Positions 48,127-60,121 of a stretch of 64,000 nt of DNA are shown here, in pieces (the first letter of the stretch is position 1; each line of letters begins with the position of its first letter). The translations under genes were made by a program, and so were the position numbers. The notes beneath the pieces were generated by a model. That model did not search any database and was not told the DNA's origin. It worked only from the letters and a program-made list of their open reading frames with translations. The DNA is from Candidatus Minusculum obligatum (GTDB lineage: Bacteria > Patescibacteriota > Minisyncoccia > Phycocordibacterales > Phycocordibacteraceae), in contig CP174360.1 in NCBI GenBank assembly GCA_045401155.1, positions 513,490 to 577,489 of the forward strand, read 5' to 3'.

Positions 48127-48163
48127 AAACCCCCGGCAAGACACCATGTCTTGCCGGGGGTTT
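48127..48163. terminator. Bidirectional terminator
   Basis: AAACCCCCGGCAAGAC/GTCTTGCCGGGGGTTT. Confidence 0.85.
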
Positions 48164-48184
48164 CTCATTTTTATATTGAGAATA

Positions 48185-50135
<1,951 letters not shown>

Positions 50136-50232
50136 ATTTTTACGCTCAAATTACCTATAAATTGTGGACGTAGTATAAAGAAACGAAATATCTCTTGCAA
50201 ACAGATAATCTCATGGTATCTTTCTAGTAACG

Positions 50233-50463
50233 ATGGAAGCAGTAGCTAATATCCTGCCATACGCGCAGATCATTCTCTCTATCCTTCTTATTGTGAGCAT
50301 TTTGCTACAACAGCGAGGTGCAAGCATTGGAGGGGCTTTTGGTACAGATAATTTTTCTTCTACCTTCTACAAGCGACGAGGAATTGAGAAAGTGCTATTC
50401 CAAGCGACAATTGGTATCGCTATTCTTTTCGTATTATCAGCAATTCTTGCACTTGTTATCTAA
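50233..50463 (+). CDS. secG: Preprotein translocase subunit SecG
   Basis: ILLQQRGASIGGAFG, RRGIEK, 2 TMs. Confidence 0.9.
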   Translation: MEAVANILPYAQIILSILLIVSILLQQRGASIGGAFGTDNFSSTFYKRRGIEKVLFQATIGIAILFVLSAILALVI

Positions 50464-50468
50464 GCAAC

Positions 50469-52178
50469 ATGGAAACGCGACCCCTTCGCGACACACTTAA
50501 CAAAAGCTTCTCCCTTCCCCTAGCAAATAAAGCAACTCAGGTTATTCGTTCGCTTTCTCCCGGGGACAAGGTGATTTTTACAATACTTGCAGTACTTATG
50601 AGTATTGGTGCACTTTTTGCACTTACTGACCTTAAGGATCAGATTGTGGAAGAAGTTCCAGCACACGGCGGAACACTAACTGAAGGGGTTGTAGGATCTC
50701 CACGATTCGTAAACCCACTTCTTGCACTCTCTGATACAGACCGTGATCTTGTAGAACTTACCTTCGCAGGACTTATGGGAGTAGACGAGAAAGGAAATCT
50801 TGTTCCTGAGCTAGCTGAAAGCTATGAGATATCAGAAGACGGGAAGATTTACACATTTACTCTTAAAGAAGGAGTAATATTCCACGATGGAGAGCCTGTA
50901 ACCGCAGAGGATATTGCCTTTACTGTATCTAAGGTGCAGGACCCTCTTATTAAGAGTCCAAAGATTGCTAACTGGCTTGGCGTGCAAACTGAAGTGGAGG
51001 ATGATCGAACTATTTCATTTATCCTTTCAGATCCATACGCGCCATTTCTTGAGAACGCGACACTTGGCATTCTTCCAAAACACATCTGGGCAGATGTCCC
51101 AAGTGAAGAATTTCCTTTCTCTCAATTTGTAGTTGAACCAATTGGCGCAGGTCCATACAAAGTGACGAACGTGAAGCGAGATAGCTCTGGAATCTTGAAA
51201 GAATACAACCTCCGATCATTTAGTGATTACGCACTTGGGAAACCCTATATCAATGCAATTACTATAAAGTTCTATGGAAACGAAAGTGCACTGCAAAAGG
51301 CACTTACTCGTGGAGAGGTAGAGAGCGCCCACTCCCTTATCCCTGAGAATATTGGAGATAGTTTCCAAGTAGTCAAAGGAGCGTACTTGCGAGTATTTGG
51401 AGTATTCTTAAACCAAAACGAAAATGAGGTGCTTGCTGACAAGGAAGTGCGACAGGCCCTCTTCACCTCTGTTGATAGACAAATGATTATTGATGAGGTA
51501 CTTTCTGGGTACGGAACGGCACTCACCTCTCCACTTCCAGGTGTTGCAGATGATCTTCCAGAAGATCCAACAGCAGAGGCAATCCAAATCCTTGAGAATG
51601 ATGGATGGGAGTTTAGTGTCGAAAATCGTGTTTGGGAAAAAGGAAATGATGTAATTCGCATCACCCTTAGAACCAGTAACGTGCCTGAACTTGCGCAGAC
51701 CGCGCAGATCATAAAACAAAACTTTGAGGCAATTGGCGTGCCTACAAGCCTTGAGTTATATGATACGGGTGAGCTGAGCCAGGGAGTAATTCGTCCAAGA
51801 AATTATCAAGGACTACTCTTTGGTATGGTGCTAGGTCGGGTTCCAGATCTATACGCATTTTGGCATTCAAGCCAGCGTAATGATCCGGGTCTTAACGTGG
51901 CACTATATGCGAACGTAGATGCAGATGATGCACTTGAACGTTTGCGTGAGACACAAAATGCAGAAGATCGCGAGGAGTATCTTGAGCAGTTCCTAACTGA
52001 GGTTGCTGCTGACATTCCTGCAATCTTCACACATGCACCAGAACTTACATACTTTATGCCAAAGGATGTGAAGGGTGTGTCATTGCCGCCACTTACTACT
52101 GCAAGTGACCGCTTCTCTAGCGTACACACGTGGTATCGAGAGACTGAAAAGGTTTGGCCATTTTTAGTACAACAGTAA
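50469..52178 (+). CDS. Peptide ABC transporter substrate-binding protein (family 5)
   Basis: GGTLTEG, FHDGEPVTAEDI, PIGAGPYK. Confidence 0.9.
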   Translation: METRPLRDTLNKSFSLPLANKATQVIRSLSPGDKVIFTILAVLMSIGALFALTDLKDQIVEEVPAHGGTLTEGVVGSPRFVNPLLALSDTDRDLVELTFAGLMGVDEKGNLVPELAESYEISEDGKIYTFTLKEGVIFHDGEPVTAEDIAFTVSKVQDPLIKSPKIANWLGVQTEVEDDRTISFILSDPYAPFLENATLGILPKHIWADVPSEEFPFSQFVVEPIGAGPYKVTNVKRDSSGILKEYNLRSFSDYALGKPYINAITIKFYGNESALQKALTRGEVESAHSLIPENIGDSFQVVKGAYLRVFGVFLNQNENEVLADKEVRQALFTSVDRQMIIDEVLSGYGTALTSPLPGVADDLPEDPTAEAIQILENDGWEFSVENRVWEKGNDVIRITLRTSNVPELAQTAQIIKQNFEAIGVPTSLELYDTGELSQGVIRPRNYQGLLFGMVLGRVPDLYAFWHSSQRNDPGLNVALYANVDADDALERLRETQNAEDREEYLEQFLTEVAADIPAIFTHAPELTYFMPKDVKGVSLPPLTTASDRFSSVHTWYRETEKVWPFLVQQ

Positions 52179-52188
52179 TTAGAAATAT

Positions 52189-54039
52189 ATGAACGATAAT
52201 AGAAAACCAAATACACGAGGACGACGTCCTCATGGTAAGCGACGGGAAGCTCCTGACCTTACTGGAAACAAGACAGTTCGCAGCAAGCGAAATGCACGCA
52301 TGGACATGCGTCGAAATGCTCCTCCAATTCCACGGCGAGCACCAGATTATTTCCCTGAATTACCTGGGAAAGATGTGGCCCGAATTATTCCTCTTGGAGG
52401 AGTAGAGGAAGTGGGACGAAACTGTACCGTAGTAGATATCAACGGAGACATTTTCATTATGGACGTAGGATTCCAGTTTGTTTCAGAAGATGGAGCCCCT
52501 GGAATTGACTATGTGCTGCCAAACACAAAATATCTTGAAAAAAACATTGACCGTATTAAGGGTGTGATTATCACTCACGGTCACCTTGACCACATTGGGG
52601 GAATTCCATTCATCATGGGACGAATTGGAAACCCAACCATTTACACACAGAACCTAACATCTGTGATGATCAAGAAGCGACAAGAGGAATATCCTGATGC
52701 GCCAAAACTTGATATACAAGAGGTAAAGGTTGGAGATCGAATTAAAGTTGGAAATACTTTCATTAAATTCTTCCCCGTAACACACTCTATTCCGGACTCA
52801 ATGGGAGTATCACTTGAGACACCACATGGAAACATTGTGATCTCAGGAGACCTTAAGCTTGAGCACGAGGATGGAAAGCCAAGTGATAAAGAAGAGAAGA
52901 TTTGGGGAAAGCTCTCAGAAGATAAAAACATCTTCTTTATGGGAGACTCTACAAATGCTGAGCGTGATGGATTCTCAATGCCTGAAACAAAGGTGCATCA
53001 AACTATTGAGGACATTATTAAGACCGTAAAAGGACGACTTATCATCGGAACCTTCGCGTCTCAGTTTGAGCGAATGGTGAAAATTCTTGAAATGGCTGAA
53101 AAGCTTGGAAAGAAAGTGGTACTTGAAGGACGAAGTATTAAAACAAACGTAGAGATCGCAAACCAAGTAGGACTTCTGAACATTGCGAAGAACGTGATCA
53201 TCCCATCTGGAGATATTGATAAGTATCCACCAGATAAAATCATTATCGTCGCTACGGGAGCCCAGGGAGAGGAGTTTGCCGCCCTTATGCGTATTGCTAC
53301 AAACAAGCATAAGTTTGTAAAACTTACACCACGAGACACTATTGTCTTCTCTTCATCTGTGATTCCAGGAAACGAAGTTTCTGTACAGAAACTAAAAGAC
53401 AATCTGTACCGACACGACATTACCCTGCTGCACTATAGAACAAGTGACGTGCACTCAACCGGACACGGTAATACGGGAGAGCTCGTGTGGATTAATAAGA
53501 AAGTAAACCCTACATTCTTCATGCCGGGGTACGGATACCACACCATGCTTCGATGTCATGCTCGAGCTGTAGAGCAATCTGGATTCCCTAAGGAGAACAT
53601 TATTATCCCTGATAATGGAACAATCATTGATATCCATGAAGGAAAGAAACTACAGATCCACAAGGAAAAAGTTCCAGCAGCGCCGCTACTTGTAGATGGT
53701 ATTGCAATTGGAGACATGCAGGAAGTTGTGATCCGAGATCGACAGATGCTTGCAAAGGATGGAATCTTCGTAGTGATCGCAACAGTACAACTTAAAACTG
53801 GGAAACTACGAAAGTCTCCTGACATTATTTCTCGAGGATTTGTATACATTCGAGAGAATCAAGAAATGTTCCAACAGGCCCGCATCCTCATCAAGAAGAG
53901 TGTTGAGGACACCACAAGAAACATGCATCCAATAGATCTTGATCTTGTGAAAAAAGAGCTTACAGAAACACTTGAAAGCTATCTATTCCAAAAAACGAAC
54001 AAAACACCTATCGTTATCCCCGTTCTAATCGGTGTGTAG
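52189..54039 (+). CDS. rnj: Ribonuclease J
   Basis: PLGGVEEVGRN, THGHLDHIG, HSIPD, DSTNA, HSTGH. Confidence 0.95.
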   Translation: MNDNRKPNTRGRRPHGKRREAPDLTGNKTVRSKRNARMDMRRNAPPIPRRAPDYFPELPGKDVARIIPLGGVEEVGRNCTVVDINGDIFIMDVGFQFVSEDGAPGIDYVLPNTKYLEKNIDRIKGVIITHGHLDHIGGIPFIMGRIGNPTIYTQNLTSVMIKKRQEEYPDAPKLDIQEVKVGDRIKVGNTFIKFFPVTHSIPDSMGVSLETPHGNIVISGDLKLEHEDGKPSDKEEKIWGKLSEDKNIFFMGDSTNAERDGFSMPETKVHQTIEDIIKTVKGRLIIGTFASQFERMVKILEMAEKLGKKVVLEGRSIKTNVEIANQVGLLNIAKNVIIPSGDIDKYPPDKIIIVATGAQGEEFAALMRIATNKHKFVKLTPRDTIVFSSSVIPGNEVSVQKLKDNLYRHDITLLHYRTSDVHSTGHGNTGELVWINKKVNPTFFMPGYGYHTMLRCHARAVEQSGFPKENIIIPDNGTIIDIHEGKKLQIHKEKVPAAPLLVDGIAIGDMQEVVIRDRQMLAKDGIFVVIATVQLKTGKLRKSPDIISRGFVYIRENQEMFQQARILIKKSVEDTTRNMHPIDLDLVKKELTETLESYLFQKTNKTPIVIPVLIGV

Positions 54040-54069
54040 TAAAAATCCCCACTTCGGTGGGGATTTTTA
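54040..54069 (+). terminator. Intrinsic terminator
   Basis: AAAAATCCCCAC-TTCG-GTGGGGATTTTT. Confidence 0.88.
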
Positions 54070-54088
54070 GTGATACTATAGTCGGTAA

Positions 54089-55246
54089 ATGGATGCTCAA
54101 GCAAAAGGTATTACAATCACCAACTTTTTTGGTGCACTTCACTATTTCCTTACGGTCTATATCACAGCGCCGTATCTTGCCCAGTTCGTAAGTGAAGCGA
54201 TGGTGGGACTTATTTTCTCTGCAGGAGCACTTCTCTCTCTTGCAGGATTTCTTCTGATTCCAAAACTACTAAAGCTCACGACACTTAAACGGCTTGCCCA
54301 GATCATAAGCTTAGTACAACTTGGCGTGCTTGTGGGGCTTGCGGTGCAACCACCTCTTCCCTTGATACTGATATTTGTTGCAATGCTTACTGCACTTCCA
54401 GCACTTATTGGATATGCATTTGATATCTTTCTTGAACAAGCCACAAAAGATGAAGGCAGTACCGGAAATATACGGGGACTTTTTATTACCGTTGGAAATG
54501 TTGCGCTCGTGATATCACCTCTCGCAATTGGATATATCCTTGGAGACACGAATCTTTATGAGCGCATCTTTGCACTTGCCGCTGCAACACTTGTGCCCTT
54601 TACTCTACTTCTTGCAACGCTTATAAAAAACCCAAAACCAAAAGACGTGGGAGCACTGTCTCTTAGGAGCACACTAAAGTGCCTAATGCATTCAAAAGAT
54701 GTAATGCTTGGAGCTGCTGCACATTTCACCATGCTCCTATTCTTTTCTTGGGTATCAATTTATATCCCCCTGTACCTACACACCGAACTTGGTATCGCAT
54801 GGGAAAGTCTCGGGTGGGTATTTAGCATCATGCTTCTTCCATATGTGTTCCTTGAGTACCCTATTGGTGTTATCGCAGATAGGTGGTTTGGAGAGCGTGA
54901 GCTTATGATGCTTGGATTTGGCGTTATGGGAATAACCATGGCGGCTATAAGCTTTATTACATCTCCACTTGTTTCCCTTTTCCTTATTGTGGTACTTGTT
55001 GGAACCCGTGTAGGAGGCGCCATAACTGAAATTACGACAGAGACGTATTTCTTTAAACATGTTGATGGAAACGACATAAATTCAATTAGTCTCTTTAGAA
55101 CACTTCGTCCACTTGGTGCACTTATCGGACCACTTATTGGAAGCTTGGGACTTCTTTTTGTGCCTCTTCAAAGCCTCTTTATGATTCTTGGAGGAATTTG
55201 CCTCATTGGTATTCCGATTGCCTTTTTCCTAAGAGACACGCGCTAG
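54089..55246 (+). CDS. MFS transporter
   Basis: About 12 TMs, G.IADRWFGER motif A-like. Confidence 0.85.
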   Translation: MDAQAKGITITNFFGALHYFLTVYITAPYLAQFVSEAMVGLIFSAGALLSLAGFLLIPKLLKLTTLKRLAQIISLVQLGVLVGLAVQPPLPLILIFVAMLTALPALIGYAFDIFLEQATKDEGSTGNIRGLFITVGNVALVISPLAIGYILGDTNLYERIFALAAATLVPFTLLLATLIKNPKPKDVGALSLRSTLKCLMHSKDVMLGAAAHFTMLLFFSWVSIYIPLYLHTELGIAWESLGWVFSIMLLPYVFLEYPIGVIADRWFGERELMMLGFGVMGITMAAISFITSPLVSLFLIVVLVGTRVGGAITEITTETYFFKHVDGNDINSISLFRTLRPLGALIGPLIGSLGLLFVPLQSLFMILGGICLIGIPIAFFLRDTR

Positions 55247-56025
55247 GTAGCAAGTGCCAAACCACGACCCTTTTTTACAACCATCCCTTCTTTTTTTAAT
55301 TTTTCTACTTGAGCCATCATGCGCTCCTTTTCATATGAGAGGTCTTTGATCTTCCCACCTTTAGAAAGAACCCTTACGATCGCGCCACGTATTTCTCTAT
55401 CTGAACCCTTAAACTTTGATTGCTTTACGTAATGCTTACTCTTGCTGTTTACCTGAACACCTTGCTGCTTAAGATATGAACCATGGTCCATAAGCGCCCA
55501 ATACCACTCTCTGGGATTATTTTTATCAAGCGTTTCTTCTACAATCTTTAAAATCTCTTTGTCTGTCACGTCTTTTTTGTCTTCAAAAAAATAGTGCGTA
55601 TACACCGTACGTATATTTGTCTCTATACACGGAATCGCCTTATTAAAAGCAAACGCTTGTATTGCAGCTTCAGTATACGGACCAATACCAGAAATTTTTT
55701 GTAAATCATTTTTTGGAAAAATTCCTTTATATTCTTTTTCTATATACTTAGCACCCTCATGCAGTAATTTCGCACGGCGATTGTACCCAAGACCCTGCCA
55801 CGTTATAAGCACGTCTTTAAGTGGCGCCTTTGCGAGAGCGTTAATGGTTGGAAACTTTTTTAAAAACTCTTTATATTTTGGAATAACTCGAGATACCTGT
55901 GTCTGCTGAAGCATAACTTCCGATACCCATATCCTATATGGGTTTTTTGTCCTCCTCCACGGCAAATCTCTTCCTTCTTTTTTATAAAAAGAATAGATTT
56001 TCTTTTTAAACGTCTTCTGCTCCAT
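55243..56025 (-). CDS. mutY: A/G-specific adenine glycosylase (MutY-like, short, no Fe-S motif)
   Basis: LPWR, WVSEVMLQQTQV, WQGLGY.RRA, GIGPYT. Confidence 0.88.
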   Translation of the reverse strand: MEQKTFKKKIYSFYKKEGRDLPWRRTKNPYRIWVSEVMLQQTQVSRVIPKYKEFLKKFPTINALAKAPLKDVLITWQGLGYNRRAKLLHEGAKYIEKEYKGIFPKNDLQKISGIGPYTEAAIQAFAFNKAIPCIETNIRTVYTHYFFEDKKDVTDKEILKIVEETLDKNNPREWYWALMDHGSYLKQQGVQVNSKSKHYVKQSKFKGSDREIRGAIVRVLSKGGKIKDLSYEKERMMAQVEKLKKEGMVVKKGRGLALAT

Positions 56026-56212
56026 CAGCCTCTGGCACAATAAACAAACCAAGAACGTAGGCAATCATTCCTGGGAAAATACCTGTAAACAAAGTCATTA
56101 CGACATACCCAAATCGAAACACTACCGGATCAATGTCTACATACTCCCCAATACCACCAAAAATTCCTGCGAACACCTTATTCTTTTTACTTCTTCGTAG
56201 ATACTTTTTCAT
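56006..56212 (-). CDS. PspC domain protein
   Basis: LRRS...KVFAGIFGGIGEY.DIDP...R. Confidence 0.88.
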   Translation of the reverse strand: MKKYLRRSKKNKVFAGIFGGIGEYVDIDPVVFRFGYVVMTLFTGIFPGMIAYVLGLFIVPEADGAEDV

Positions 56213-56230
56213 TGCAGGTACTATAGCACA

Positions 56231-56481
56231 AACAAAAAGCCGCTGAGAAACTCAGCGGCAACGAGTGGATCCAGGGACCTTACTTTCCTGAAGTAGGTAC
56301 CAGCTCGTGAACTGCGCATCGACACGAGATACTAGGCGCTCTGGGACGAGGGTTCTATCAGGACATTCAAGTTATCCGACCCCGAAAGGTCAGAACGAGA
56401 TAGTCGCAACAAGATACCCCACGATCACCGTTAAGGAACGTTCCCAATCGGGTCCCCGTGGATTTGGGTGCCCCGGATCCA
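56231..56481 (-). ncRNA. Putative ~220-250 nt structured ncRNA (6S-like or novel)
   Basis: TTGACA-N17-TATTTT promoter (56515-56487); 5'/3' closing helix TGGATCCGGGG/CCCTGGATCCA; UUCG hairpin; GCCGCTGAG/CTCAGCGGC terminator. Confidence 0.65.
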
Positions 56482-56511
56482 AAAAGAAAATACTCAATTT
56501 CTAAAGTGCTG

Positions 56512-57162
56512 TCAACCTTTGTGCCACCCAACCGCCGCTTCAGGATATATCTTTATGAGCGGATCCTCTGAGGTATCGTACCTCCTTGCAGGAGCAATGT
56601 TTCTCCCATACTCAATAGCAAGATACGTAAAATTAAACCAATCTTTTTTAGGAATCACTTCCATCAAATCTTTTTCTATTTTTTCTGGAGTCGTATGATC
56701 TGTGAGATCAAATCGTATTGCAAAGCGCTTCACATGCGTATCTACTGCAATCCCCTCTACAATCCCATATGCATTCCCCAATACAACATTTGCGGTCTTC
56801 CTCCCCACTCCAGGGATCGTAATCATTTCCTCAATAGTTTTTGGAATTTTTCCATCAAAATCCTCCTTTACAACCTTTGCAGCGGCAAGAATATTTTTTG
56901 CTTTGTTTTTATAAAACCCTGTTGATTTAATATCTTGCTCAAACTCTTTAAGATCTGCTCGAACGTAATCATCTAATTTCTTATACTTCTTAAAAAGCTT
57001 CTCGGTAACCTTATTTACCATCTTGTCTGTACATTGTGCAGAGAGCGCAACCGCAACCACAAGTTCCCAGTTATTAGAATACTTTAAAATCATCCCTGCC
57101 TCAGGAAAAATGCTTTTTAGTTTTTTAATTAGGTTTTTTGCTCGAACCTTTCTCTCCTCCAT
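56512..57162 (-). CDS. nth: Endonuclease III (no Fe-S cysteines)
   Basis: LSAQCTD, GFYKNKA, PGVGRKTANVV, VDTHV. Confidence 0.93.
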   Translation of the reverse strand: MEERKVRAKNLIKKLKSIFPEAGMILKYSNNWELVVAVALSAQCTDKMVNKVTEKLFKKYKKLDDYVRADLKEFEQDIKSTGFYKNKAKNILAAAKVVKEDFDGKIPKTIEEMITIPGVGRKTANVVLGNAYGIVEGIAVDTHVKRFAIRFDLTDHTTPEKIEKDLMEVIPKKDWFNFTYLAIEYGRNIAPARRYDTSEDPLIKIYPEAAVGWHKG

Positions 57163-57166
57163 AGTA

Positions 57167-57631
57167 TTACTGTAGTTCATCTAGATCCTTCAAAACCTCC
57201 TCTGCGTGCAGCTTTGGCTTTACATTTTCATACACTTTCATAATCTTTCCTTCTGGATTAATTAAGAAAGAATTTCTAAAAACTCCTTGATATACTCTTC
57301 CCATAAACTTCTTTTCACCCCAAACCTTGTAGGCATCAATTATTTTTCTATCCTCATCTACTAAAAGTGGGAACGAAAGATCAAACTTTTCTGCAAACTT
57401 CTTATGACTCTCTAATGAATCCGGAGATACTCCAAGAACCACTGTATTTCTTTTTTCAAAATCTTTCTTATACTCTTCAAAAACCTGCCCCTCTACTGTA
57501 CACCCGGGAGTATTATCTTTTGGGTAAAAATATAAAAGCACCCAACCACCTCTGTAATCTTCTAGACTGTGCTCCTTTTCGTTTTGGTCTATTGCCGTAA
57601 ACTTTGGCGCTTTTTTATGCAGCAGATCCAT
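57167..57631 (-). CDS. bcp: Peroxiredoxin Bcp/PrxQ (single Cys)
   Basis: YFYPKDNTPGCT, HKKFAEK. Confidence 0.92.
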   Translation of the reverse strand: MDLLHKKAPKFTAIDQNEKEHSLEDYRGGWVLLYFYPKDNTPGCTVEGQVFEEYKKDFEKRNTVVLGVSPDSLESHKKFAEKFDLSFPLLVDEDRKIIDAYKVWGEKKFMGRVYQGVFRNSFLINPEGKIMKVYENVKPKLHAEEVLKDLDELQ

Positions 57632-58337
57632 TTTCTTGTTTTTCTTTTGCCTCCTCAAGCCTCTTTTCTTCTTTTTTAACAACTTTTTCTGCAACCTTGC
57701 GCTTTGTATAAAGGTTCATAAGCGCAAAGATAAGCATGCTTGAAAATACAATTCCTAGAACATTTACAAGATATAGCGTAAATGCACCTGAAATAACTTT
57801 GATATCAAGATTTGCAAGCCCAACTCCAATAGTTGCAAGCGGTGGAATAAGCGCCACCGAAACTGCAATCCCCGGAAGCGTAGCTGAGAGTGCTGGCTGC
57901 GCTAGTGAATACGAAACAGCAAGGCCTGCAACGATTGCAACACCGACATAAATAAGAGATGGCTCTGTGCGAAGCAGAATCTCATCTGTAAGCGGCGCAA
58001 ATGGAGAAAATATCAGAGTTGCAAGTGCTGCTGTAGCAACGGCCGCGGCAGACGCTTGCAAAAACGTCATGATCGAACGAGCAATAAGCGGACCATCAGA
58101 CATAATGATAGATAGCGAAATAGAAAGAATTGGAAACAGAATTGGAGCCAAAAGCATTGATCCAATTACAACTGCTGGGTTATTTGCAACAAGACCAAGT
58201 GTGGCCATAAGCACTGAAAGTACAATGAAAAAGAAGAAATCAAAGTCTCCTGTGCTCTCTCGAATCAAAAGATCAACCGCTTTGGTCTTGTCTGAATCGT
58301 TAATCGTCCGCAGGTGTGCAATAAAGTTAAATACCAT
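57615..58337 (-). CDS. DUF389 family membrane protein
   Basis: VVIGSMLLAP, PGIAVSVALIPP. Confidence 0.85.
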   Translation of the reverse strand: MVFNFIAHLRTINDSDKTKAVDLLIRESTGDFDFFFFIVLSVLMATLGLVANNPAVVIGSMLLAPILFPILSISLSIIMSDGPLIARSIMTFLQASAAAVATAALATLIFSPFAPLTDEILLRTEPSLIYVGVAIVAGLAVSYSLAQPALSATLPGIAVSVALIPPLATIGVGLANLDIKVISGAFTLYLVNVLGIVFSSMLIFALMNLYTKRKVAEKVVKKEEKRLEEAKEKQENGSAA

Positions 58338-58357
58338 ATGTGTAGACTATAGCATTT

Positions 58358-58834
58358 TTACCCTTCCTCTCTTCGCATCATTGGTGGAATAAGATCTGTA
58401 TATCGAGGCGCTTCCTTTGGAATTCTAATGATAAGCAACGCAACAATAATAAGAAGTGTTGCCAGAATTGCTGAAAGCATGCAGTACATGCACACCGCAC
58501 CAATTACAAAGAACTGTAGGTAGACGAAATACAGGGACGCGAGAAATCCAATTGATGCTCCCAGGGTAAATAGTTGAGATAACATGCGCACGCGCACCAT
58601 AAGCATAGTTGCCGCCAACACAAACATTCCAAAATAGAAAAGTACACCCCACGATGCAAGTGGCACCCCAAGCACAATTGAGTACGGACTTGCTGCAACA
58701 GCGTTACATCCATTTAAAATACTGCAGTTAAGAGGCTCTCCTGATACGTGCGACTGCACAAGGTAAAAAGAATTTGTTAGTCCGATAAAAGAAAGAATTA
58801 CTCCTGCCCACACCAATCCAATATATTTTTTCAT
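58358..58834 (-). CDS. Vitamin K epoxide reductase (VKOR) family protein
   Basis: Loop C....GC..V..SPY, CMYC active site. Confidence 0.9.
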   Translation of the reverse strand: MKKYIGLVWAGVILSFIGLTNSFYLVQSHVSGEPLNCSILNGCNAVAASPYSIVLGVPLASWGVLFYFGMFVLAATMLMVRVRMLSQLFTLGASIGFLASLYFVYLQFFVIGAVCMYCMLSAILATLLIIVALLIIRIPKEAPRYTDLIPPMMRREEG

Positions 58835-58856
58835 ATCTAATATCCTATAGAATTTC

Positions 58857-59087
58857 TTACAGTTTCTCAAATCGAGGAGATCCCTCATGCAGCTCCAAAA
58901 ATCGATCTATACTCTGTACCCAAACAAGATCTTTATTAGCAACATCTTGATACACCACAACTTCCTCAAGCTCATCTTTTTCAGATGACCGCCCCACAAA
59001 AAGCACATCGTACTCATTTCCCTTGTAGTGGCGATACCTCCCAAGCTCTAGGGTTTTTGCCTTTTCTGAGTATTCAAGATCCGCCAT
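58857..59087 (-). CDS. DUF1653 family protein
   Basis: GRYRHYKGNEY, VVYQ, WV..IDRF, PRF. Confidence 0.85.
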   Translation of the reverse strand: MADLEYSEKAKTLELGRYRHYKGNEYDVLFVGRSSEKDELEEVVVYQDVANKDLVWVQSIDRFLELHEGSPRFEKL

Positions 59088-59088
59088 A

Positions 59089-59280
59089 TTATTCTCCCTT
59101 CTTCCAATTTCTAATAACAAGACGCTTTCTCTTCTCATCCACTTCGACAACAAGCTTTTGTCGATCCTTCCATTTAAATTTTCTAACTGCCTCAATCGGC
59201 ATTGTTACGCTGTAGCTTGCACCTCCTGCAATCTTAGTGAGCGCACGCACATGCCGTTTTTCTAGATCTTTTCCTACCAT
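59089..59280 (-). CDS. AbrB/MazE/SpoVT-like DNA-binding protein
   Basis: SYSVTMP...R...W...QKLVV. Confidence 0.7.
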   Translation of the reverse strand: MVGKDLEKRHVRALTKIAGGASYSVTMPIEAVRKFKWKDRQKLVVEVDEKRKRLVIRNWKKGE

Positions 59281-59321
59281 ACAGGAGAGAGTATAGCATA
59301 TTTAACTACGTAGTTTAAACC

Positions 59322-60056
59322 CTATGGCAACGCGATATCTTTCTTTTCACCACACATAATATCACGACACACATTTGTGTTTGGTCGTGGAATTTTTGCA
59401 AAAAATACTGCAGAAAATACATAGAAAAGCATGTGAAAGATTAAGGCATAGATTATTCCTCCTGACACGTACAAAATGAGAAATGGAATAGCAAACCCAC
59501 CTGCAAGCGCAATAGTGCTGTAATGAAGACCCCACATAAGTCCTGAGGTGAAAAATAGGTATATATGAGAGAGTGCAAAAATTGCTACAAAAATAAGTAC
59601 AATTGCTGGATAGTTTACACCCGCAATCGCAAGCTGGTGCACCAATATTCCTGCCACAAGCTGCTGAGAGAATACGTCCCCTGCTTTTGCAACAATATAC
59701 CGCTCTTCAAGAGAAAGCATTGTTTGCCCAGGAAATAAGGCAACAAGCCATCCGGGACTCCCAATAGTTCCTCGCAAATATGAAAAGACTGCCGGAAACA
59801 ATACAAAGAAACAAAAGATGAGTGCCAGCCACCCAACAAGCTTTACCTCACTAAACAAAAGTGAAACTTCTTTTTGAAAAAGTATTAAAAAAATTACAGA
59901 CCATGCTCCAAAATACAAAAGCGCTCTTGCTGGAGCCGCAACAAATGTGAGTTTAAACATTTGCTTGAAAAGCAAAACATAGCCAACTCGAACAATAGTC
60001 GCAAGCGCGAGTACAATCCAAAACGCTAAAGGAATGGTTAAAAGCACTTCGTACAT
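59322..60056 (-). CDS. Hypothetical polytopic membrane protein (possibly CPBP/Abi-like)
   Basis: About 7 TMs; FALSH and IFHMLFY. Confidence 0.6.
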   Translation of the reverse strand: MYEVLLTIPLAFWIVLALATIVRVGYVLLFKQMFKLTFVAAPARALLYFGAWSVIFLILFQKEVSLLFSEVKLVGWLALIFCFFVLFPAVFSYLRGTIGSPGWLVALFPGQTMLSLEERYIVAKAGDVFSQQLVAGILVHQLAIAGVNYPAIVLIFVAIFALSHIYLFFTSGLMWGLHYSTIALAGGFAIPFLILYVSGGIIYALIFHMLFYVFSAVFFAKIPRPNTNVCRDIMCGEKKDIALP

Positions 60057-60121
60057 TAAAAATAGTGTACCGCAATGGTGTACATATCACTAAATTATGA
60101 CAAAATTAATCCAAAGAAAAT

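Noticed and set aside
59089-59280. AbrB/MazE plus DUF1653 as a toxin-antitoxin pair
   Set aside because: The downstream gene has no recognised toxin fold; evidence is insufficient
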